From assembly GCF_009914755.1 (NCBI RefSeq), contig NC_060939.1: a stretch of 64,000 bases of DNA, one strand, 5' to 3'. Positions 28,791 through 44,832 of the stretch are shown piece after piece. This stretch comes from the human T2T-CHM13v2.0 reference genome, Homo sapiens. The position numbers were made by a program, and so were the translations under genes. Every line of letters starts with the position of its first letter. Position 1 is the stretch's first letter. Below the pieces are notes generated by a model. The model made no database searches. It saw only the letters and a program-made list of their open reading frames with translations, and was not told where the DNA came from.

Positions 28791-30691
28791 TGATCAATCA
28801 ATCAATCATTTAACTCTCGAATATTCACAAATATGCCAGCAGATGAGGCACATGATCAAGCTCAACATTTGACTTTATTGTAGATTTTGTTATTGCTTCT
28901 ATTATGCAATATCCATGCTAGAATATATTTTATCTACCAAGCCAGTACTAGAATATATTTCAGCCTCCATGCCTATTCAATGTATCTAATTTCCTTCTAA
29001 AGGAAATAGACAAGTTGTACAAGAAAGCCTATGACTTCCTTTCCTTCCATACTTTAGAGAAAAGTTATCATAACCCTACACTCTACAAGAACATTTACAG
29101 CTTTAAAAAATGTATTCAGTTATACTTCACCCCATTCAAAAAAGAGATGTGATGGCTACAGAAGGAATTGTAGACTATAGAAAAGAAGCAAAGAATAAGA
29201 CAAGAGAAAGAATGGAAAAAGAAAGGATTCATAATAGAATAGTGAGAAATAAAACTAAAAATAATAATTGTATCATTTCCTACCTAAATAAAGGCTTGCA
29301 AAATGAAATGTAGAGCTTGGCAGGAAATCGTTTTTTGAATTTGCCTGTGATCTCATGTACTCCAGTGTGACGCGGACTTGAAAGATTATGTTATCTGATC
29401 TCAACCTCTGTCTTTGCATTCTTCCCTGCTATAGTGCCCAATGAAGCTTGTGCACATACCTTCACGGACAAACTTTCAGGACTAGCTGCACACCAAGGCT
29501 CCATCTGTGTTGCTCTACCCCCATCTACTGATAAAAGCCTGCTACTTCTGCTACTTCTCCGGGAAAGCCTCCTCGTCAGTCCTCTTCCTGAGCGAGCTCT
29601 GTCTGAGGACCATTCGCAATAGAACGAGAGGATTCACTGCTGTTGTAAATCACTCCACCTTGGAAACTTTCAGGTCAATGTGGTGTATGTTCCAAGAATA
29701 ATTAATAGTGTTCTAGTTTACTAACTGGTAAGTTACTTTTTTCCTTTTTTTATATCACTTTTGACAATCAAAGAAAAGACAATTATCACTTGAAGCTGTT
29801 TTCCCTTCTTTCTTTTGTTTTTTTTTCAAAGTGGGGTGTCAGTTTAATTAGAAAAAAAATCACACATGTTGTGGTGGTTTTCAGAACACATTGTTATTCT
29901 AAATGTGTTGCTGTTGAATGGGTTTTTGTTTGTTTGTTTGTTTTTAAGCTTCACGGATCATCTTTCCACTGGCTTAGAGGGAGGTGAGCATGGCAGTAAA
30001 TGAGATGCTTACGAAGTGGTTAGGATCCTTCTTGGATGGAGTTGCCCAGCTGGCAGCTGGGGTGAACGGACTTTGAGTGTTTCTGAGTGCTGGAAGAATA
30101 TTACAGATTTGGTTGAAAAAAGTAGGAGACTTTGCCTCTCCACAAATTCATGACGGGAGGCTTTGTTTAATTAAATAGCAATGATTTGAGAACAAAATTA
30201 TAGCAAATTTTTGTCAAGTTTATCACTTCTGTGAGTCTATTCCTCACCCCACAAACCAAAAGAGAAGACAATTCACCTTTAATTTTGGTCTGCAAGATTA
30301 GTCAAGTCTGAGAGAAATTAAATGTCAATTTTTATCTTGGTTCATCATAGCTCTTTAATCAAAGTTGATGCGTCACTTCCCCTGGTTACCCCTGCATCAA
30401 AGGCTGACCTGAAAACCTGACACCAAGCTTCCCTGCGCGGGCTGGCTAATTAGGAACTTACTTGTTCCACCTACGGCCTTGGAGAAAAGGGGAGGGCGGA
30501 GCTGCCCCAAGGAGGTGGCCTCTTTATGGAGAAGGGTCCAGGAAAGAGGTCAGTGGTAATTACCAAGCCGCAAAAGAGCCCATGTACTCTTTGGACATTA
30601 TTGGTTCATAAAATGTCTGGAGATTTATTCTAGAAAACAGAAGTCTCGTGTGTTGCATGTCAAGCTGAACTAAATCAGCCTGGCGTGATGA

Positions 30692-31141
<450 letters not shown>

Positions 31142-31766
31142 TAGGCTAGTTGAACTTCACAAGTTCAACTCAAGGCCTCTGTGAAAGGAAAAGAAAGAAT
31201 TTAAAAATGGAAGGAAATGCTGCCCATCAGTACACTTAGGAAGCGATCGTCCCAGAGGAAGAAGGAGATGGAAATGGGACTCTGTCGTCCTCTGCACAGA
31301 TCTCAGGGTTTTTCGTAGGTCGTGCCCTTCTAATTGAAAGTAGTCAATTGCTTTATCTGGAGCTCAGTTGAAGAAATAATGGTTTATTCCAAGTTGAGAG
31401 AGCAAATATGTTGTGTTATGGGCAACCTATATGTTGGTCTCCAAAGCAGCAACTCCATGAAGGAATTTCGGCTGACTGGACTACATGGAGTTTTTGCTTT
31501 GTATGCTAACTTTGGAACCCAGCCCCACAGAGGGGGCTTCTCCACTCCACTCAACTCTGAGCCTAAGCTTTCTCTCCATAAAGCAGAGATAGTAGAAGTA
31601 CCTTTCTGTTGAGAGGGCACCCAAAAAATGCCTGCCAAACAGGAGGTGCCCTGGAAGAGCCCATGAGCATCAGGTGACCTAGATATGGACTAGGGCTCCA
31701 CTGCTCACCACCTACTAGCCCTTGCTCCAAGGGTGAAATGAGGTGTGTGCATATGATAGGCTCTAA

Positions 31767-32114
<348 letters not shown>

Positions 32115-32249
32115 TATTATACCATTTTTCATATTAGCGCTGTATGATTATTTATTGGAAGAATATCAAAAGGGATATAAACAACCTTTCTATCAGAAAA
32201 CGCTGCACATTTTCAACAAAACTACAGCAGAATCCCAGTGGAGAAGACA

Positions 32250-32445
32250 CTTACAGAGTGAGCATCTGTTGAGAGTTTGCTTTGTGCCAGGCACTAGGCC
32301 TTCTTACAACCCTCACACCATCCCTTGAGGGAGGTACTGTTATTCATGATTGTGTGAATAAGGAAAGAGAGGCAGAAACTTTTAGGAAACACTTAGCTTA
32401 GGGAGTGGTGGACCTGGAATTAAACATACTCTTTTAACCACTGTA
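32250..32445 (-). mobile_element. MIR SINE
   Basis: tgtgccaggcact…cctcacaccatcccttgagggaggtactgttatt…cttttaaccact. Confidence 0.7.
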
Positions 32446-32683
32446 CAGTAAGAATTTTCTCTTAACTAAAGTATCCAGTTCACCCATGTTTCATTTTCTC
32501 AGTCATAGGCCAAGGAGAGTCATATGCTTTAATGATAACTGTACTACTAAGAATGAATTAAAAGGGTTTCTGGTTCCAGATGGTGGATTGAACACACCCA
32601 TTTACATTCTCTTCCTCGAAATCTTCCATTGAAAATACAGTATAGATGTAGGGAAGGAAATTTATCCAAGACTGTTAAGAGTG

Positions 32684-32980
32684 GGCCAGGTGTGGTGGCT
32701 CATGCCTATAATCCTAGCACTTTGGTAGGCTGAGGAGTTCGATATCAGCCTGGCCCACACGGTGAAACCCCATCTCTACTAAAAATATAAAAAATTAGCT
32801 AGGTGTGGTGGTGCATGCTTGTAATCCCAGCTACTTGGGAGGCTGAGGCAGGAGAATCTTTGAACCCAGGAGGCAGATGTTAAAGTGAGCCGAGATCGTG
32901 CCATTGCACCACTCCAGCCTGGGTGACAAGAGCAAAACTCAGTCTAAAAAAAAAAAAAGAAGAAGAAAAGAAAAAGAAAA
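32684..32980 (+). mobile_element. AluS (Sq/Sp-like) with small left-arm deletion
   Basis: ggctgagg joined directly to agttcgat; TSD taag(a/g)gtgg. Confidence 0.93.
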
Positions 32981-33486
32981 TAAGGGTGGAACAATAGGGA
33001 GGTCAGCATAACATAAATAAGTTAAGTTTTTTAAAAATCTGGAGAACAGAAATTAAATTAATTAAATTAGATATTGATAAAACAAAATTTACAGTGGAAA
33101 ATGCTGTTGTCCTAATTGGCACATGGAAAGACTAGAGGAGAGGTTAAAGCCACTTTTCCTGGAATGGAAACTCAAGGAACAGGAGAGAAAAGGGGCACAT
33201 GGGCAGGGGCTGGTGGTTCAGTGCCCCCCTCAAACACTGAGACTTTCCTGCTCAATTTCTGGGCCACTGGAATCAGGGTTCATGACTTCCAGACTAATAC
33301 CAGGGGACTGTACCCTAATAGCAAGTGAGTGAGTGACCAGGAGAGAATGATTGTTCCTGGGATGGGCGATGCGTCTCTGCTGCAAAGCTCCCCATTTTGC
33401 AGCATGGAGGGTGTTTGGAAGAATGTGTCTCCTCCTTCAACCCCACATACCCCAAGAGAAGCTGTTCTTTTGTCATATTGACCTGT

Positions 33487-33820
33487 TGCTATGACCCGAA
33501 TGTTTGTATCCTCCCAACATTCCTATAATGAAACCTAATCTTCAATGCAATAGTATTAAGAGGTAATGCCTTTGGGAGGTGATTAGGCCATGAGAGCCCT
33601 GTCCTATGAAAGAGGCTGAGGAAGCCTGTTCACTCCTTCCACTATCTGAAGACACAGCAAGAAGGTGCCATCTATGATGAACAAGCCTTCACCAGACACC
33701 AAATCAGCTGACTTTGATCTTAGACTTCCCAGCCTCTAGAACTGTGAGCAATATATCCTGTTGTTTATAAATTACCCAGTGTAGGGCATTTTTTAAAGGC
33801 AGCCTGAACAGAAAAAGACA
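33487..33820 (+). mobile_element. MLT1A-like (MaLR) solo LTR
   Basis: TGCTATG…AAGACA; 5-bp TSD CCTGT at 33482-33486 and 33821-33825. Confidence 0.9.
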
Positions 33821-35552
33821 CCTGTGTACAGAAATAGAAATGTTCAGTATCACAGGAAAGCCAAGCCAGAGGACTGTGCTCACCAGCATGTTTTTTTATT
33901 TATAAATTTGAACGGATGGCCAAGAATCAGAGGGTCTATAAACAAAGCAATTAGCGTGAAAGAGAAGACCTAAGATGAACAAATGTCCAGCATTTAACCC
34001 CAAGGGGAAGATTTCAGGAAACAGAAGAGAGCTGTTAGTATCCCCAGGGAAAAACAACCAAACTTCTTGAATCTATGAAACAAAAGCAGAAACATTCAGG
34101 GATTAAGTGAGTTCTTGAAAATTAAAAATATCATGACTGAATATAACAAAATAAATGTAGGATTAGAATATAAACTCTAAGAAATCTTCATAAAATGGGT
34201 CCAAAGATAAAGAAAAGGAAAAGAAACAAAATAGAAGATCCATCCATGAAGATTAATAGCCACCTCTTTTAAAGTTAGAGAGAAAAAATTCATCAAAACC
34301 TACAAAATTATCAAAGAAACTTGAACTTTCTAATTGGAAGAGTCCATCGAATGCTAAGCAGGATAAATGAAAAAGTGTAAAGAAATCTAGAATCCCAGAA
34401 TAAAGAAACTGTCTTCAATATATAAGAGAGATGGAAACATATATTTATAAAGACACTAGAATCAGATTGGCATCAGATTTATCGGAAAATTAACTGCTAT
34501 AAAATAATGAAGTCATGTCTTAACAGTTATGAAAGAACGTTAGTTTAAACCAGAATTCTATATCTATTCAAACTATCAGTCAGGAATGAGTGAAATAAAA
34601 TTTTTAGGCATGCAGAAAACACAAAAGCTTTTAAAATTACTTGAAAATATAGTATACTCAAAGAAAATAAAACATTCCCAGAGAGAATGAAAGAAAACAT
34701 AGAATCCAAAACATGGAGAAACTAACTTAGAATAAAATAAAATAAGTACTTGGCATCAATGCTATGTAACAAGCCAGGAATTGATCCAAAGAGAAGGGAA
34801 GTTAAAGCACGCTTAGAAAAATATTTAGAAAAAAGTTATTCCATTCAACAGTATGATTTAGCAGCTGAAAATTCATAGAAATGTCATAGGAAGGGCATAT
34901 GTTTCTTTTCTCAGAAAAAAAGAAAAATACAAACTAAATAGCATCCATGAAAGTGTTCAAATACAAAATATTTTGAGAGCACATGTCATAGATAAGCAAG
35001 AGTCATTTTCAATGATTAATCTATAAAACCACTGCCTAAAAAGACAAATTCAAATGCAAGCCTGTTGACATTTTTGTCTGTTACTAGTTCTAGTCGTACT
35101 GAGGCCCCGGCAGATAATGAAAAGTGTGCTACCTTGTTCCTAATGAAAGGTGAAGGGAGCCCAGAGGCATTGAAACACTCAGGCACCCGGTATTCCAATT
35201 TAACATATGTTCCTGACACTACCAAGATTGCAAGCTAAATATTACAGCTAAGGTCCCTTCCAACTTTAAAATACTATGTGCATAAGCTGAGGTTTTCAGT
35301 AGTCTGTTCTTGTAGCATGAGAGTGCTCATTTCTTATTTCCCTTTAATTTTGTTAGACAACAGTTGAGATTCCAGTTTTATTATTGTTTTTGTTATAAAG
35401 TTGTTGTAAGTTGTGTTTATTCAAATGAATGTTTAAATTATTCTATAAAGCATTATTTGTAAAGGGCTTATGCAATGCAGAATTAGAAAACTTCTGGCCA
35501 CTGGAACAACAACCCTCAGCTTCATGGCCAGTAAGGATTTTGACTACAGCTA

Positions 35553-35876
<324 letters not shown>

Positions 35877-36295
35877 TCAGTGGGAACCTGGGCTTGAGTA
35901 GCACGAACAGAGTAGACACAAAATGGAAATAATGCTGCCTCCACATTGCATTTTCTATAGCTTTTTATGTTACTCTTTTACATGTTGGAATCGGTGTCTG
36001 AGCCCGTGTCCAATGCCTGTTTAGATTTTGCATTTGTGATTGGCATATCTCTTTCCCTCTGTGCCCCTGAATTGGTCTCAGTCTCATACTCCTGTCTTCT
36101 CTATAAGACCTTTGACTTCCCTTTCATTTTACACATCCCCCTTGCTGCCATCTCTTCCCCTGGACTGTCAACAGAATATAATCAAGGGCTATATATTAAA
36201 TTCTTTATTTCCCAATAGTTTTATATTCATAATTATAGCTTTTAATTTGAGTCTTGAAAATAAATTAATAAAGCAAGCCTCTAGGCTCAATTGCC

Positions 36296-36910
36296 TTTTT
36301 AAAAATATATTTTTAATTATAAAATAGCTTTAATTTAAAGAAAAACTTCAGATAGTACGAAGAGTTCCCATGCACCCTATCCACAGTTACCCCTATTGTT
36401 AATGTTTTCTGTTGGTAGGGCACAGTTGTCATCATTAATTAACCAATATGGATACATAATGATCAATTAAGGTCAATCCTTCATGCTAATTTCCTTCATT
36501 TTTACCTAGTGTCTATTTTCTGGTCTAGGATCCCATCCAGGACACCACATTTCATTTAGCTGTTATGTCTCCTTCAGGTCCTCTGGGCTATGACAGTGTC
36601 TCAAGACTTTCCTTATTTCTTATGACTTTGACAGTTTTGAAGAGTACTGGTCAGGGGTGTTGTAGAATGTCCCTCTGTTGGAATGCTTCTGCTATTTTCC
36701 TCACGATTAGATAGAGGTTATTTGTTTTGTGGAAGAAGAGCACAGAGGTAAAATCCCATTCTCATGACATCATATCAAGGGTACGCACTATCAGCATGGC
36801 TTATCACCATGGATGCTGGCCTTGAGGCAGAGTTTTCAGGTTTCCCCACTCTCATTTTTTCCCTCTTTTCATAACATATTCTTTGGAAGGGAGCCACTAT
36901 GTGTAGCTTG
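36296..36910 (-). mobile_element. L1MC-like 3' end
   Basis: gatagtacgaagagttcccatgcaccc…ggatcccatccaggacaccac; flanked by aattgccttttt at 36289 and 36911. Confidence 0.8.
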
Positions 36911-36918
36911 AATTGCCT

Positions 36919-37220
36919 TTTTTCTTTTTTTTTTTTGAAACAGGGTCTTACTCTGTTGCCCAGGCTGGAGTTCAGTCGTACAATCGTAGCTCACTGTAGC
37001 CTCGACCTCCTGGGCTCAAGCAATGCTCCCACCTCTCAAGTAGCTGGGACCACAGGTACATGACACCATGCCTGGCTTTTTTTTTTTTTTTTTAATTTTT
37101 TGTAGAGACAGAATCTCCCTAGGTTGCCCAGGCTGGTCTCAAACTCCCGGACTCAAGCAATCCTCCCACCTTGGCCTCCCAAAGTGCTGGGATTATAGGG
37201 ATGAGCCACTGTACCCAGCC
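36919..37220 (-). mobile_element. AluJ
   Basis: J-type gtagctcactgtagcctcgacctcctgggctcaag. Confidence 0.93.
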
Positions 37221-37869
37221 AAGTTACCTTTTATTAGGCCTTCAGTTAATTTGCTTTTTCTGTGGATCAGCAGATAACAATACAAACTTCATCATGTATT
37301 GGAATTATAAATGAGATCACCCCACAACTGTAGATTGTGAACCATGCGGGACAGTTGGAAGAAAAGTACAATTCAAAGGAAAAGCAACATTATCTGATTC
37401 TCTGCCACCAGCTATAACTATCAATTGACCTTGTGAGGCAACTTGCACTTGTTTTACCTCCTAAACACTCTCAGACAACAATCCACGTCTGAAAAATGTG
37501 GTAACTCTCTTGATGAGCTTCTGCTTTGGTTCCTAGAAGAGTTTAGCTTATGCAGTCTCTGTTCTGTGGCAATCCCAGCTTCTGGAGCAGCACAGGTAAG
37601 TCCTGGACATGAACAGAGGGTGGCAGAAAGAGGACTAAGTAAAGAATCCTAGCGTCATACTTCAATACCACGCAGGGAGCACCTTGATTTACTGGATGGA
37701 AATAAATCAGACCATTCTCTATGTCACAGGATTACTGTAAGCATCAATTCGGATGATATAATTTGTTTCACAAACATGAATATTTAGGTTAATGACAATG
37801 TACCTAAGCACAGCTAACCAGGAAAATATCATGAGGCACCTAGGGTTAGGAGGCATTGCCAATTCAGCA

Positions 37870-38075
37870 ATTAGGACTTTCTGTGTACTGAGTGATTTGA
37901 ACACATGCTGTCATTTAAGCTTCATAATTGCTCAGGGAGCTTATTATATTATTACTATGATTATACCCACATTATAGATAAGCACATTGAGGTTGGTCAG
38001 GCAAGTGGTCAGAGTACCAGGTATTGAATTCAAGAGTGTCTTACTCCAAATTGCATGCTCTGATAACCCCTAGTA
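37870..38075 (-). mobile_element. MIR SINE
   Basis: attatacccacattatagataagcacattgagg…gaattcaagagtgtcttactccaaa. Confidence 0.6.
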
Positions 38076-38627
38076 CATTGAACACTCCCAAGCATTTTTG
38101 CCCCTCCTGACAGTGTGCATGAAAGTGAATGAGGACAAGCAGCAATTCTACGTGGGGATTTCCACAGTTTTAATGATACCCATATAATTGCCAGCATGTA
38201 TCCAAACTGATGGAATTTGGTTGATTTTTTTTTTAACACACCTATTCAAATTCAGCAAAGCTACTGTTGGCTTCCTATGTGATATTCTTTAAAACTCTGA
38301 TTTAACTTATTTTTTTCTTTGCATTTCAACCCCTGGTGCAGAGTTTAGGAAGCTTTCCTTACTAAATGTTTAGCTGTTAATTCTGAGGTCTGAGGCACCA
38401 TATCTGCTGTGTCTGGGTAACAGAAGCAGAATTAAATATTACCAAAATAATGCTCCATGGCTGGGAGGATAAAGAACTTAGACACACTGATCCAACCTGC
38501 TGGAAGGATGGCTTGATGTAGCCACGGAATTTGGATGTAGATCATCTGAATTCCTAGAGTGCACCCAACTGTGGTCACCATCATTGCAGCAGCACCACCT
38601 TATGAGCCCTGAAAAGGCAAAGATTCG

Positions 38628-38816
38628 CCAGAGGTGTGCTGGAGGACAGCCCATATCACATGTATCCGCTCCGGACTCTAAGGCCAGTGACATCACATTG
38701 GTAGCATGAAATCAACCATGGAGGGTATATTTACACCACAGGAATCAGCAAATGCTACAAATCAGGCCCTTTTTTTCAGAAAGCTGATTATTAAACACTT
38801 ACCAGCATACTACTGG
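38628..38816. mobile_element. MER63A-like hAT element
   Basis: Inverted termini CCAGAGGTGTGCTGG / CCAGCATACTACTGG; internal gtgacatcacattggtagc…gctacaaatcagg. Confidence 0.85.
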
Positions 38817-41432
38817 TTTAAGTTCATAGACTTGGCAACTTTTAATGTGGCCTGATAAAACCTAAACCAGTCTGCTGTGCCTCATTCAGGCTCACTCTGA
38901 GATACCGGTTTCTTGTACATTTTATCCACCAAGTTGGTCACTCAGCCCAAGTTTGCTGAGCACTTAGTACGTGCCTTCTTGTGCACCAGATGTAGTTCCA
39001 CTGAGCAGCAGCCAGATTGACCAGAATCATTACAGAAGGGCCGAATGTCCTAGGCAGGGATTCAAAGCTAAAGTCTACAGTGCATGCATCATCCTCGTCA
39101 CCGTGAAGCAAAGACTGGGTACTGAGATTTGTGTGGTTTTCAGTACTGCTCATCAATTTATTTCAGGCAGCCCCACAATACTATATGATGAAATGCTTTC
39201 CAGTTATACTTTTTAAAGCCGCTACTGCATGGACATACTGTACCGTGGGAGATTCAAGGGTAAATCAATCAAAGACACATCCTCGAGGGGTTCATCCTCT
39301 ACAATGGGAAATGTAGCATGGACACAGTCACCTATCATGCAGAATAAAAAGTGACAGGCTCCCAAAGGGACACCCTGCTGGATAAATGCCATGGATAAAA
39401 TGCCATGTGGGTTCTGAGAGTAAGACACTGCTTCCACTTGGTGGCTGAGGGAAGTCAGGGAAGGCTCTTACCTGAAGCTTGTGGCCCATTCCTACAGGAA
39501 GAAGAAGGTGTCCTTCCATAAGGCCGTTTTAAAAAGGGAGCGGGAAACAAATGGACAACACAGGAACCTAGAGACATTTGCTCTTGCCCTTTGATGATGA
39601 GGACATCAGTCTAGATGGTGACAACTTCTACATCAAATATATTCAATTGTTACAGAGTTGGTTTCAAAAAACACTCAAAATGAATTTTTCTTGCTTCTGC
39701 CATTTGATCCAAATCCCAGATCTAAAATTTCTGTAAATCTGAATGGAACAAGACAGCCTGGAGCTAATGAAATTGCAAAGGTGACCTAGTGGGGCCGGAG
39801 GTGATCTTAGGAGGGTGCTGTCTCTCTTGTGCCACCATCTCCTGAGGGGAAGGTATTTGGAGTCTCTTCATTTCTGACCCCACAACCAGACGGAAGGAAG
39901 GCTGACCAGCCCAGAGTCCACCCCATTGGAAGTCACTCTCCAGTCTCCTATGAAAACTGACTCCAGGGTCTTCATCCCACTTCAGAAGGAACATTAAAAA
40001 TTGAAAGAATTTCATTTGATGCCTAACTCACTATTTCCAAATTTAAATATTTGTGACCTCTCTGATCTTCAGTCCCCCTGATCCAGGAAATGAGAGGTTT
40101 GGACTCACCAATGCATAAGGTATCGTGCTGTGCTAACGATATAAAGTAAGTTAATTCATTGAACTGAGTTGGTATCTTCTGTTTTTTCCAAAGTGGTAAT
40201 TCTGAGTAGCTCTCCAGATTCATTATCCAATTAACTAGTAGAGTTGTAAAACCTTGCATTGGTTCAACAAAGCATTTTTCTGAAGGGAAGTACTATTTAA
40301 ATCAAAAAAGTTCAGAGATATTTGCCCCCTTCATCTCTGGTATTCTCTTGATGCCACTGTTGTTTCTGCTTATCCACTGTTCTTGAATGCCTGGAGTCAT
40401 TCTGCAAATAGCCATTGCTTTACTAGATCATCATCACTCACAGAGAATAACCAGATGTCCTCTGAGCCATTTGTCCAAAATGACAGTAATATTTTATGAA
40501 GGGCAATGACAAGCAACATGTTTCTGAATTTCATTTAGCATATTGAGCTTAAACAGTGCAAACTAGAGGTCCAGTTCTCCTCCAAGATTACCCAAGGGGA
40601 GGAGAGAGGAGCCACCGTGTGTTGAGGACTTACTGAGTGCTGGATACTGTGATAGTTACTTTGTATATATTGCCAGTTCATTCATTTGGAAAGGTGGGGA
40701 TGAATACAGTGGCATTCAAAAATCATTCCAAGGTACTTAAAGTTGTAAAGAATAATTCAAAGTAAGCAAAGGATAGGGAGGAGGAGGCATTCCAGAAAAC
40801 AAATAGGAAGTAGAGAAAAAATAAAAATCCATCTATTTTTAAATAATAAATGTCTGATATGATTGAACAATTTATAAATATTCATCTATGACACTGGACT
40901 TCCAAGACTTTCCATAGCCACTTTGGTCCAAATATTGGCATGTTTTTTAATTGTGCACATAGTCACTAAACATTTTTGCCATCTACAACAAGTAGAGCAA
41001 TAATTGAATCCATACATACGTGCTAATTTATAAACATTTTCACATTCAACCTTACAGAAGCCTATGCGGGAGAAAAAGCAGAGGCACAAACCTTTGTTTT
41101 CAATTATGTGCCAACCATGTAGAGTCTCAACAGACTTCATTGCATTTCACTTGATGCTCAATTTAACTTTGAACAAAGGAAGTATTCTTTCCATTTTACC
41201 GATAGGGAAACAGACTTAGCAAGGCGAGCGTCATAGCCAGCGTCAGACAGCCAGAGGACAGAGGATGAGACCAAGCTCCAGACATACAGGTTCTATGGGA
41301 CTTTTTTATACAAAGGCTGTCTAAAAACACCATGGCCACCTTGAGAAGTAGTCAAGGTCCCTCTCACCAGGAATGTTGTAGCAGAGGTTGAGCATGGACA
41401 GTGGTCAGTGTATTGTAGAAAAGATATCTCCC

Positions 41433-42044
<612 letters not shown>

Positions 42045-42127
42045 GGAAAAGATATCTTCATTAGGATGAAGTCCAGAGGAAATAGCCTCTCAGGTCTTTT
42101 CAAACTTCCCAGTTCATCAAATGAACA

Positions 42128-42506
42128 GTCACAGTGGTCATTAAGACTGTTCACAAACATTCTGGTTCTGCTCTTCTTCTGGGCACGCAGAAAGTAGATA
42201 TGTCACACATCTTGTTTTGGCCAACGAAATGTAAGCAGAAGTGGCACGTGTCACTTAAGAACTAAGCTTAAAGAGTGAGGCACAACTCATCTTGCTTTAT
42301 CTCCACTGCTTTGGTGGTCATGAGGCAGGTGTCAAGTTGAGGTCTCCTTTGCTTGGGTCTCTGAATAATCCCAGTGATGATCTGAGGCCCCTGCTGAGCA
42401 GCAGTGAACATGCAGCATGAGCAGGAATGAAACTTCGGTGGTTTTTAAATAACTGAGACGAGGTTTTTGTTACCTCAGCAGATCCTGGCTTATCCTGACT
42501 GATATA
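42128..42506 (+). mobile_element. MLT1 (I/J-like) solo LTR
   Basis: ttttggccaacgaaatgtaagcagaagtggcacgtgtcactt…tttgttacctcagca…tatcctgactgatata. Confidence 0.8.
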
Positions 42507-42618
42507 GTGGCATTTTAGATCTGAATTCTTCAGAGACAACCCCTAGATCTGACTTCCTACATTATTGAGTTTAGCGGGTAAGGCAGTCAGTCCTTGCTGA
42601 GCAGTTCTGTAAGGTTAA

Positions 42619-42954
<336 letters not shown>

Positions 42955-44383
42955 ACGAAATCCTTTCTAAGTCGAGAGTGAGAGAGGTGAGAAGAAAGAA
43001 CCATAGCAGAGGAGGGGTGTTTCCGTTCAAGGAGTGGAATTATCCCTCGCAATCACCTGGGCACAAAATCCAGTAATTTACCACTGCTGCATTCTCTTGA
43101 CTCCCAAGAGAAAAGCAGAGCGCGTTCTTTCTAGAAAAATATTGACCTTTTCTCTCACACAGACAGACTAGCAGCAATTTAACTATGATTCCTGTAGCTC
43201 ATCCCCCAGGACATCAGCTGTGCAAGGGAGAATATTGATTTTTATCTTCTTAAAAAATAAACTTGCTAAAATAAGCACGGTGGTGATGGTTTTGTTTTTG
43301 CTTTGTTTTTAATGTAGAGGCAGGTTGAATTTTTAAAAAATAGACAATGAATTACAGGATCAAGATTATATGAAAGGGATGGAAATGTTTGAGCTTTCAG
43401 ACAGCAAATCCAGCAAGAATAACCTCCACTACTTTACTTTTGTATCCTGGGACAGCAGCTGCTTTAAATATAGATGCAGTTCAGTCTCTCTTAATGAGCT
43501 TCAGATCTGCATCTCTGGGCAGTTCCAGCAGGGCATAACCCTCACTGGGAAAAGAGGTTGTCTAGAGGCTTGGGTGGACCCAATTGCTCTTTCCAAGTGT
43601 CTAGTCCGACAGTCCTGCTTCATTTGTGTGTGTTCCAGTGCACAGTCAGCTACGAGGGCCACAGAGTCAGAAATTGCCGCTGCCTAGGAAGAGTTCAAGC
43701 AAAAAAGTTGCGTGGAGTTGACAAAGTTCACAACCAGGGATTCCAAATGTGACCACCCCCTTCCTTTAATCCATGCATACAACTTCCAGTAAAATGGGCT
43801 CCGAAACAGCAGAAGTTCATTTCTGGCGTTACTCCATTCTTATGCCTCACTAGATTTTACTCTGGTTCATCCCACAAACAAGGAACCACTTGGCAGGCCA
43901 CGATAACATTAATTGGAACCTTTTAGACCATTTAAGTCATTGCTCACCCTTAATATCTAACATCTATTCCCCGAAAAGGGCCTGCCAGCCTTGCATGGAG
44001 GCTCCATTTTTTAACATAGGCACCCTTACTCATTGAGTGGATTTCAAAAAACATGAGCAAGGAGTTTCTGGTCACCCCTCATTTTTTGAGATATTTTCCT
44101 TCATAGGTAACTTCAACATGACCCTCTAAATGAGGTCTATGGGGGTTACCTTTAACACATCATTCCCTCACCAGGCTAGAAATACTGTATATAATTTTTA
44201 TTATAGCGTATGCTCACTTGTGCTGATGCAGAATTCCTACTTCTACTCTCACCTGAAAACCAAAAAACCGCCCGCTACATAGCTGGAGACGTTGAAGATG
44301 GGGAAAAAAGGACAGCCACACAAAGACTGTGTAAATGCTTCATTGCAGCAAAACAGAATTTGTCATTCCATGAGCCTTCCCTG

Positions 44384-44832
44384 TGTAATATAATTTTTCT
44401 TAAAATGTTGTCATGATCCAGTTGTCAGGCCCTGGCTGGGGGCTGGTCAACTTCTTTCCTAGAGTAGCTGATTAAGTCCACATCATGACCATTCCCCTTA
44501 AAGGGCTCCCATACTCCAGGGTCATTATGCACCTTTCCTATGTACCCCAGGGTCAGGTACCAGACAATAGCAACAGCCACTGGACCCTAGAGCCCACAAA
44601 ATTGTTTAGATAAGCCCATGAGACCTGGCTGACCCACCCTCCCCTTGCCAACAAAAACAGACCCTATAGCTCCAGCTCTGTTATCCTGTCCCTAGGGGCA
44701 AGCCCCTGTGTCATTCTGCCTGGAAGCCTCTTATTCAGAGCTGTAAGTGGCAAAGACTTCTACTTCTCAACTCTCTGAGTGTCAGTGTGATGTGTCCCAC
44801 CATCAAAAGAACCTTTTAAATTGTATAAAACA
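44384..44832 (+). mobile_element. ERVL-class solo LTR (MER54/MER73/MER74 group)
   Basis: TG…CA termini with 5-bp TSD CCCTG at 44379-44383 and 44833-44837; ccagggtcaggtaccagacaa motif. Confidence 0.75.

Larger units (their letters stand above)
32565..35060 (+). mobile_element. Ancient L1M/HAL1-type 5' region and ORF1 remnant, interrupted by Alu and MLT1A
   Basis: aatcagattggcatcagattt…ccagaattctatatcta…aaactatc matches L1 ORF1 C-terminal IRLASD…PRILY motifs; A-rich body. Confidence 0.55.
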
